Shown: one piece after another, positions 54,498 through 64,000 of the stretch
Layout: every line of letters begins with the position of its first letter
Position numbering within the stretch: the stretch's first letter is position 1
Assembly: GCF_002105155.1 (NCBI RefSeq)
Contig: NW_019029011.1
Span: 310,001 to 374,000, forward strand
Length of the DNA: 64,000 nt
Direction of reading: 5' to 3'
DNA from: Lobosporangium transversale
Taxonomy: Eukaryota
The notes under the pieces: generated by a model
The model's input: only the letters and a program-made list of their open reading frames with translations
Databases searched by the model: none
Told to the model about the DNA's origin: nothing
Made by a program: the position numbers and the translations under genes

Positions 54498-57400
54498 ATG
54501 ACTAAACTACGTTTTGGCTCACTTGATGTCCGTGCGACTGTGGCGACTTTACAACAGTCGTATGTAAAAGCAAACCCTTTATGAAATTTCTTTTTGGAAT
54601 CATTTTACGTTTTACAAAGAATATTTATGGTTTGTATACTAATATAAATTTGCATTCTGACATATACAACAAAGGATCGTTGGCCTTCGTCTCCAGAATG
54701 TTTATGATGTGAATTCAAGGACATATTTGTTCAAATTTTCACGGGTACGCATAATCTTCATTTACTCTTGGACCTTTCTCAATCGTCTTTTACATTTAGT
54801 AACGACCTGATCAGCTATTAATATTTAAAATGTTTATCTGGGTATATACTGATTATATATCAGCCGGATAGAAAAGAGATGCTGCTCATTGAATCCGGTA
54901 TTCGCATGCACACGACGCTTTTTGTCCGGGACAAATCGATTACACCTTCAGGGTTTTGTATCAAAGTAAGCACATTGCAAATATGGACATTAAAAACAGG
55001 AATGAATTAGGACGATCAGGCAAACTAACGTTTTTAATGCCATTGTACTATACTAGATCCGGAAGCACTTAAGAACTAGACGCCTAACAGGCGTGAAACA
55101 GTTAGGATCTGACCGCATTGTGGATTTTGAATTTGTAGCAGAAGACTTGGATAATACATACCACATCATTGCGGAGTTCTATGCTGCGGTAAGATCCTTG
55201 TTTATAAAGTTAGCCACCAATGCAGAGTGGCTCTAAAACAGGATCAATGATTAATGTGGCACGTCTTCTTTTCAAATATGATCACACAGGGCAACCTAAT
55301 TTTGACGGATGGACACTATAAGATTTTATCAATCTTACGTGTTGTTCAACCTAACGAGAAGGTCAGGATGGCTGTCGGGGAGACATATGACATCGGGGCA
55401 TTGACGCGTAGCTTCGAACCTATTACAAAGGATCATCTTATCGAGGTATTGCAGACTGCTGGACCTAAAGATATTCTGAAGAAAGTCCTTAACACAAAAC
55501 TTTGTAAGTATACACGGTACGTCATCTCTGCGCCTTTTCAGTGATGGTGACGCTGCACTGTGCTATCTTCCACACCAGAGACCATGTTATCTCATTGCCT
55601 CCCTACTTATTGGACTATTAGTTTACGGACCTGCTCTGACGGAACACGCGATCCTAAGGGCTGAGCTATCCCCAAACGCAATTGTCGCTACTGAATTTGA
55701 TATTTCTGAAGGATCTCCCAATACTCAAGCGCTATTTGAGGCGCTTCTAGAAGCTGACAAGATCATTGAGAATGGAGGAGATGAGAACAAGAAGGGATAT
55801 ATTATTATGCTCAGACACAAAAAGAAGAATGAGAACGATGCAAAGGAGAAAGAGCTTGTTACGTAAGTACGAAGATGCAGCAGTATCAATTACTTGATCC
55901 TTGGCTGAATCGGTTCCATTCGTATTTACTTTCTTTTTTAATGCTCTTTAGATACGATGAGTTTCATCCGTATCTCTTTGCTCAGCACAAAGCACAGGAA
56001 TATAAAGAATTCGAATCGTTTGATGCTGCCGTTGATGAATTCTTTTCTGCCATTGAAAGCCAGCGCCTGGAGGTAAAGAAGCGTGTGCAAGAAGAAAATG
56101 CCCAAAAGAAGTTAGACAGTGTCCGAATGGAGCACTTGGGCCGCGTTCGTGGTCTGGAGGAGGCACAACAGATGAATGTTATGAGAGCAGAGCTGATTGA
56201 AGCCAATTTGGAGATGTGTGACCAAGCAATTATGATTATCCGCAATGCGGTTGCAACTGGTATGGATTGGAAAGATCTAGCTGACCTAGTTGATGAGGAG
56301 AAGAAGCATGGTAATCCGATTGCGCTGATGATTGATTCTTTAAAGTTGGAATCAAACAATGTGTGTGTTATTCTCAGCGATCCTTACGACGAAGAGTACG
56401 ATGGAGAGCAGTTTGAAGATGAACAGGATGAGCAGGAGGCGGAAGACAGGCACCAGCCCAAGGCCAAGTCTACTGTGCTGGTAGATCTTGATATCAATCT
56501 CACTGCCTTTGCAAATGCTCGCAAATACTATGACGTTAAAAAGCAGTCGGCCATTAAGCAGGAGAAGACCCTTGCTCACGCCTCACAGGCATTTAAGAGC
56601 GCGGAGAGGAAGATTAGGCAGCAACTACAGGAGGTCAGAATCACAACTTCCATCCAACGTGCTCGCAAACCTTATTGGTTTGAAAAGTTTATGTGGTTTA
56701 TCACCTCGGAAAATTATCTAGTCATTGCTGGACGAGATGCAGAGCAAAACGAGATGATTGTTAAGCGTTACATGAAAAAGAATGATATTTATGTCCATGC
56801 AGATATTCATGGGGCAGCGACGGTCGTAATCAAGAACCCCTCTGACAAGGAGCCAATCCCGCCAACCTCCATTTACCAGGCAGGCATTATGTCTGTATGT
56901 CAGAGTAAGGCCTGGGACGCCAAGATTGTCATATCTGCGTATTGGGTTCATGCGGAACAAGTTAGTAAATCAGCACCTACTGGAGAATACTTGACAACAG
57001 GCAGCTTCATGATTCGCGGCAAAAAGAACTTTCTGCCACCAGTTCAGCTTGTCTATGGTTTTGGATTTCTCTTCAAGCTGGATGACTCTTCGATTGCCAA
57101 TCATCTGAATGAGCGTCGTGCTCCCAGGGTCGAAGATGCGGAAGCTTCTGAAAGCCCGTCTAATGCTGATACCGCCACAGTAGGATCTGGTACAAAGAGT
57201 GAAGCCGATGCGAATGCAGATTCAAGAGCGACAAACCAGGAGGAGGATGAGCAGGAATTGGAGGGATCTGATGACTCTGATGTTGAAGGAGAGAAGTCAC
57301 TATCTGGAAGCGCTCATTACACAAGCGGCAACCAGAGCCAGGAAGGAAGCAAGGAGGACTCCCAGGCTACGGGGAAAGACGATAATGACGAATCGAACAG

Positions 57401-58755
57401 CGAAGACGAATCTGAGACGGCAGAGTCTTCGGATGAGGAGTTTCCTGATACACAGATTCAATTCAGTACTCTTACTGCTAAACCTATGGACAAGCAGGAA
57501 ACACAACAGCAACCAGGACGTATAAACATGCCACCTATTGCGGATAAGTACTCGCTTCAGGACTATGGCGGTGACAGCGATGAGGATGCAGATGGAAATG
57601 ACGACACTTCTTCTCTAACCTCATCCGATAAGGGTTCACAGCCACGGTCTGCCTATATCACTGCTAAGATGCGTCGCGATATGAGGAAGGGTAAGACTCC
57701 AGGGCGCCCTAGCGACGACAATGAACCTTCACGGCATGTAGAGACACCCAGTGCTTCTGCAAAAAAGACTCAAAAGGGAGGTACTCAGAAAGTAGTTGCG
57801 TCTATACCTCCAGCAGTTCGTGGCAAGAAAGGCAAAGCGAAAAAAATACAAGAGAAATATGCTGATCAAGATGAAGAAGAGCGCCAGTTGCGACTTGAAC
57901 TTCTTGCTGTAAGTTTCAACATGTCTTTTTATTTAAAATGCCGACTCAAGACTCTTTACTTCCAAATTAATTCAAATGCTTTCGGATTATATCTCTACTT
58001 TTTTATAGCCTGACAAAGGCCCTCAGCTCAAGGGTAGACGGGCTAAAAAAGAGGCCGAAAAGAAGGCTGAAAAGGCTGCCTTGGCTGAGAAGAGACGCCT
58101 TCAACAGGAGGCATATCAAAAAACACAAGCCGTCAAAGGGGGTAGTGGCAACAACAATAACAATAAGGGCAAGAAAGGCGGACTTGGTACGGAACATGCA
58201 GCACAGCAGAAGCATGACATCGGTGATGCTAATCCAGATACTGTAGCTCCTGCGTTAAGGACTGGCATTGATGAGAATGAGGCAGAGGAAGTACGTCAGT
58301 TATTGCGAGAGGAAAACATAAAAGTTCTAGAGCCTGAAGAATCTGAAAACCTGACAGTACTGGATGGACTCACTGGCCAACCTCTGCCAACAGACATTCT
58401 CCAGTTTGCAGTTCCGGTCTGCGCACCCTATGGAGCATTGCAAAAGTATAAGTACAGGGTCAAACTAATCCCTGGGACCACGAAGAAGGGTAAAGCAGTC
58501 AAGACAGCGATCAATCACTTTTTGACCAACATCAATGGTAATATATCCATGGAGAGTAGTAGAAGCAGCACAGGTAACATCAATGAGGAAGGTTTATCAG
58601 GCCAGGCGCTTCACGACGCTAAGGTGGCCTTGGAGGCAAGGGAACGAGAGTTGATCAAGATGGTTAAGGATGATGAAGCTATTAATGTTATGATTGGAAA
58701 GAGCAAGGTTTCTGCTCCCGGGGTGGAAGCATCCAAGAAGAAAGGACGCAAATAA
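54498..58755 (+). CDS. RQC2: Ribosome quality-control factor Rqc2/NEMF (multi-exon)
   Basis: MTKLRFGSLDV, LRLQNVYD, LLIESGIRMH, WFEKFMWFITSENYLVIAGRDAEQNE, YVHADIHGA, QVSKSAPTGEYLTTGSFMIRGKKNFL, PVCAPYGALQKYKYRVKLIPG. Confidence 0.96.
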
Positions 58756-59009
58756 TAGATGAAAATAAAAAACAAAAGTTTTACAACTTGAAAAGGTCAT
58801 TCCGTTACTCTGTCCCAAAGGACCCAAATGATGGTTACAACACTAGTAGCTTATAGAATCGAAAGTGTGTCAAACACCATTTTTCAACGCTGCATCTTTT
58901 GGTTGGGCAAGACAGATATTGTAGATCTGTTCCTTGATTTCTCAATTTTCTCGGTGATTAAGTTTATTTGAAATCAATGTCAATTCTCTTTCCTTAAAAA
59001 CTATTATAA

Positions 59010-60273
59010 TTACAGCTCATCACGACGTGATTTCTCGGCATCGCGCAACTGCTCACGCTTCATCTGTGCAAGACGGGCCTTTTTAATGGTGGTATTAACA
59101 TAAGTTCCGAAGGTGAATGCGACAAAGTTGAAGAAGGGGACCCAAACGTGAGGAGGCAAAAACTTTTGTGCAAACGCCATGGAAAGAGGTGAGATCATCC
59201 ATGAGGTTTTCATCATTGGAAGATATCCCTGTTTGAATGCAGCCTTAATTTGAGCAGTTGATCGAGCACCCGCAAAAAGAGCCATTGCCAAAATGTAGGC
59301 TATAATGTGATGTCGTATTGAAGAGAGGAAAAAAAAATTAGCTGTTTTTTTTTCTTCTTCATTTCTTCGTCTTCTTTCCTTGAAAGATGTGGACAACTTA
59401 CTAGCATTCTGAATAGGCGAGGTGATAACCTGAGTACTCAGGATTTGAGCAATCTTCCATTTGGCACCCTCCTTGCCAATGAAACGCTTCGTCACTAACT
59501 CGAACAAGGTATGAGCCAAAGGGCCACTGACCAGGAGACCTTTTTAAACGAAGAAAAAAAAAAAAAAAAAAAAAAAAACGATGAGTCTAAGGTCACTTTT
59601 TTTTTCCTTTTGCAAAGATCCATTCCTAGACTTATAAATATCTCTTCATGTCCATGTTATAGTAAGATAGATTGAAGTTCTTAATATTGCTAACAGCTCC
59701 CGAAATTTATAGTGGCTGTTGTTGCTGTTGGTAATGATAATGGTGATGAAATGAAAACAAATGATTTAGAAGGCGCTCTAACATTCTCATCAACGGCTCG
59801 GGATACCGGCTCGATCATCCCCGAAGAAGGTCGTTTGTTGTGGTTGTATGTTCATGAGTATGCTGTCTGTATGAACTTTCATTTGCATGTCCGCAGTGTG
59901 ATAGGTACACCTCCAAGGTGGATTAATTGGCTTTGTTTTTAGTGATAAGGGGAACGAAACCCCCACAAAAAAAAAAAAAAAAAAAAAAAAAAGCCTTATC
60001 GGACATTCTTCATTAATTGATAATTTGTAATTGAATAACATTACCATAGAGTGTCATTTGGATGACACGCTTGTTAATGCCGAGAATAAAGTCATCAGGG
60101 TTCTTTGACTTTGGCATGCCTGAAAGCTTGGTGGCCGTGATTTCTTGCAGACCCGACAGCGTGCCCGAAGTCAAGGCCTTGGTGCGCAAAGGATGGGCGG
60201 CCAACTCTGCAAGATAGGCGGCCAACAGGGCCGAAGCACCAGATGGCTGAACAGCGGGAGTAGCGACAGTCAT
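59010..60273 (-). CDS. PXMP2/Mpv17-family (PMP22-like) membrane protein, 3 exons
   Basis: YLAELAAHPLRTKALTSG, YG|LLVSGPLAHTLF, SWMISPLSMAFAQKFLPPHVWVPFFNFVAFTFGTYVN. Confidence 0.9.
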
Positions 60274-61537
60274 GTTGTTGTTACTTTCTTTTTTTTTTTT
60301 ACAAAGTATAAATACACAGATCAAGAGAGGAGAAGATAGGCCGAAAGAAGGAAGAAAAAGAAGTAGAAGAAGTAGAAGAAATAGAAGAAAAAAGAAGAAA
60401 AAGAAGAGAAGAGATGAAATGTGAATGGTGCAATGAAAAAGCAGCATTCATTCATTCACACATTCACACAAACTTGATTTAAGGTTCAACCGAAACAAGA
60501 TCATTTTATTAAGCGGGGCGGGCAATAATTTTCCTTATAAAAAAAATGACCCACTTTTTTTTTTTTTGTTAACCTGTGGAGAGGAAGCAGACGTCCTTAC
60601 AAGCCCGACTTTGGAACGGTCCGAACAATCACGATTCCTTACGGAAGCATCGGAGCAACAATCCCATTTTTTTTATTATTCTGCTCTCAGCATTTGTATT
60701 TACACGTTAGAAGGGATCTCACCGCCAACTTCGTACCGACCTACGACTATCATATATATAAAGACTACGATTTGTAGCTACAGCTAATAACTCATCCCCC
60801 TGTCTGATGTATCAACATGCAGCACATTTCAACCAAGTTCATTTATTAATATTATTGTTTAATCAACCTGACTTTGAGAACAGAAGAATAAAAAGCATTT
60901 AGAAAATTTGTATACTCCATTAATCAAAAAAGCAAAAAACAAAAAAAAAGGTCTTCTGGAAATGAAAAAGAACAGAAAATATATATAAAACACGCACATA
61001 ATCTAAGATTTCAAGCAAATGGATTGCATCCTGTAGCAGAAAGGAATATACAGGAAACCCGACGTAATACAATCAACCAGAGAGGCTCTTGTTCGTTATC
61101 TGTGTTGATTCGTTGAGATGCTGTACCCGTATGCATTTAATTGATCAACAACGAATGTTATACCCAACAGTATGTCTTCGAGAACCAAAACCGAAGAATG
61201 ATATTTACGTGTGGGCGTATAAACATTAGAGAGATGAGGAGAACGGGCTACAATGCCTGGCCGTGCTAAGCCACAAACAGCTTTGCTTAATGGGACTTTG
61301 ACTTGAGAAAGACCGGTTGAGGATGCACTGTGATTTGTGACAAGGATGTGTGGTGTGTGTGGGAAGAAATGCAAGTGAAACGAGGACTGGTATGAAAAAG
61401 TGCTTCTATTTTTTTTTTTTTTTTTTTTTTTGTTTGTTCTTGTGCGCCATGAATGTGTGAGATCTTGTTATTGTAATGAGAAAAACACTAGTCAGTCTTT
61501 GTGAAAGCCCTTTCACCATCATCCTTCGGGTCTTGTT

Positions 61538-61978
61538 TTAGAGTGCTTGTTGCTCAGCCGTGTTATTAGGCTGAATGGTCATGTTGATAAGGGAACCACG
61601 TCTAGTGGGAATTGAGCCATAGACAGGGTCTACAGGGATCGAGTGCGGGATATCCTCTGGTTGAGGATGCTCTGATCCAACCGTAGCCTCTTTGCCTGCT
61701 TTTGACAATGCATAGTCGCCCGAATCGAAATATTTCCGCTATTTTGGTTGCACAACAAGAATGACAACATTGTGGAGAAGGAAAAGGAGGGTTAAATAAA
61801 TAAGGCTACCGTATAAGAGCAACGACGTCCCATTTATTGAATAAAACAAAAAAGGACAAACCTGATGGCCATGGCCGAGAGGAGTCTTGGAAATCGCAGA
61901 AAGAGCCCCATATCTGCTACGCAGCTTGGCTTCCTGCTCTGCCATGATTCGTATGTGCTGATCCTGTTGGTTTTGCAT
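61538..61978 (-). CDS. Endosulfine / Igo1-ARPP19 family protein (2 exons)
   Basis: EAKLRSRYGAL..|RKYFDSGDYALSKAGK..GSEHPQPEDIPH. Confidence 0.92.
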
Positions 61979-64000
61979 GATTGTGATAAAAGAGAAAAAG
62001 AAGAAAGAAAAGAAAGAAAAAAAAAAAAAAAAAAAAAGAGAAGAGGGGAAAAGGCAATGAAAGGATGTTGGTGAAGTGTAATGCTTGCGATGCAATGCAA
62101 GGATCTCAAACAAACAAAAAAAGGGGGGAGGAACTGTATAAACAGGAATATTCCTCGTGTCACTTTTTCTTGGTTGAAATAGGAAAGGAGGTAAAGGAGA
62201 AGATAAAGAATAGAATGAATGCGAGTATCAATGTGGGTGAGAATGTTAGTGGGATGAGGAACTGAACAAAGAGAGAAAAGAGAAGAAAAAGAAGAAAAAG
62301 ACCTCGCTTTTATCAAAAGACGTTGAGAGAAGCGTTCAGATGCTCAGATCTTTAGTATAGACCTATTGAAATGCGTGAATGTCGCCCACACTGTTCTACA
62401 ATGCAGACTGCATCCAAACAATAACCCCCCACACGCCTCAATAACAACGATGGATAACGATGATGACAACAATGATGATGATGAGAAATGCCTCTGTTTC
62501 CACTCTAAAAAATAAAGCGCTAGGATACTATTAACTCCCTGCTTCTCCTACACCACTTTAATCGTCCTCCTTCCTTTAGACTGATTGCCAATGAAGAGCC
62601 CTTCTCCTATTGTTCTTTTGTCCTGCTTGGTGCTAACGGTTAGACCAATGACGTCCAATGAAAGGTTTTTTTTAAAATATGCAATGGTTCAACTTTTTTT
62701 ATGCCATGCTGCTGCTTCGTCCTTTTTGTCTGACGCCAGTCAACAAGTGTGTAGAAAAAAAAGTGCCCGAAGGAAATAAAGAGACCATGTGCTATTTTTT
62801 CTTTTTTCTTTTTTTTTCTTTTTTTTTTTTTTTTTTTTAGACACTTGAAGTCACGCGGCATTCCAGAACAACGATTGACATTGTTTCTGATGTATACGTG
62901 AACGGGAAAAAGAAAAAATGCCAGTTGCTTTATTTATTATTATATTCGCAATTCATTGGACATGTCTATGATAGTCATGGCTACGGACCTGCTCGTCTAT
63001 CCTAGCCGATGGATGTTCCTGATGAACGATAAATTACTTCTCTTTCATTTAATCACCTTCCAGAACCGGAGGCAGATGCCAATGAAATGTCTGGACATCA
63101 AGACTGAATGAGAACAACCTTATAGTAGCCAAGGGCCCTTTATGGCTCCGATATTTATGCTCAAGCTGCTGCTGCTGTAGTGAGAGCATTGATGGCATTG
63201 AGGGCAGCTAGAAGATTCAGTATCATACATGATGTTTGCATAATAAGCTGAATCATTACTGGTGGTGGATAAATTGGTTGAGACATGAATAGGGCGCCAC
63301 ACTGGTGAGGAAGAAGGTTTGATTTGTTGTTGGCTAAGAAGTATGGGTGTGGCACTAGCATAGTTTTGACTCTCAAGCTCGTCATTATTCGGTTTGTGTA
63401 GCAACGAAGACAAAAGAAGTACCTCCTGTATCCATACAGCCTGTCGACGCTTATTGAATATGCCACAATAAATTGCGCGACTATGCACACTTTCCTGCTA
63501 TGAAGCGCATGCCATGACCACTTGCACCACCTAGTTTACTCGAAGCAACATTTTACACAACCCCTCTCTCCTCCATTTTCCTTTCCCAATCTCTCCTTCT
63601 TTCCTATTCCATTATGGCTGCTTCTAGCAGTAGGTCTTGGAGGAAGGGTTGATAACATTCCCGAACCGTTGGGATTCAGGGCTTTTCCATCATTCATAAC
63701 TCTCGATGTATTTTTGCGTACATTATTACCGTTACCTGCATTCAATCCCGGACTAGAATTCGGTCCAGAACTAGAGGATCTTGAGAAGCCGAAACTCAGG
63801 CCCCAACTTGCGCTGACTCCAGAGATATTACCCTGATTGGTCTTCCAAACAAAACAGCATTTACAAATCTTTGACTAGAACTTCATTTTCAAAGATATCC
63901 AGAGCAGATTTTAGAGGGAATCTATTGGAGTAGCAATAGGCCGAGGCTCTTCTATTGGACTTGCATTCTTTAAATGGCAAAGCTGAAGCTTTACAAAAAT

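Noticed and set aside
63120..64000. Possible Ser-rich minus-strand coding fragments at the window end
   Set aside because: Could not build a consistent exon chain or recognise a domain; left uncalled.

Overview
Intron-rich, poly(A/T)-rich eukaryotic DNA. Gene content and intron style suggest an early-diverging, Mortierellaceae-like fungus (inference). The window holds about 20 host genes. Three accessory stories stand out. (1) An apparently intact 7,487-bp pogo/Tigger-type DNA transposon (7250-14736, TA target duplication) with giant, essentially identical ~1.15-kb terminal inverted repeats. Besides a spliced DD34D transposase, it carries a second, six-exon gene for a PD-(D/E)XK restriction-endonuclease-fold protein, which the ORF track shows only in fragments. 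(2) A ~27-kb inversion with the signature of staggered breaks. Inverted duplicates at both ends left reciprocal pseudogenes (AlaRS, UNC-93, DEAD helicase) and two intact HPPD paralogues. These share a 428-bp identical tract, and one has lost a conserved active-site Gln. (3) Decayed mobile DNA: a probable Fanzor/TnpB-like RuvC 3' exon, two Tc1 relics and a small MITE-like inverted repeat. No rRNA, tRNA or CRISPR array was recognised. All exon boundaries were read by eye and need RNA-seq confirmation.
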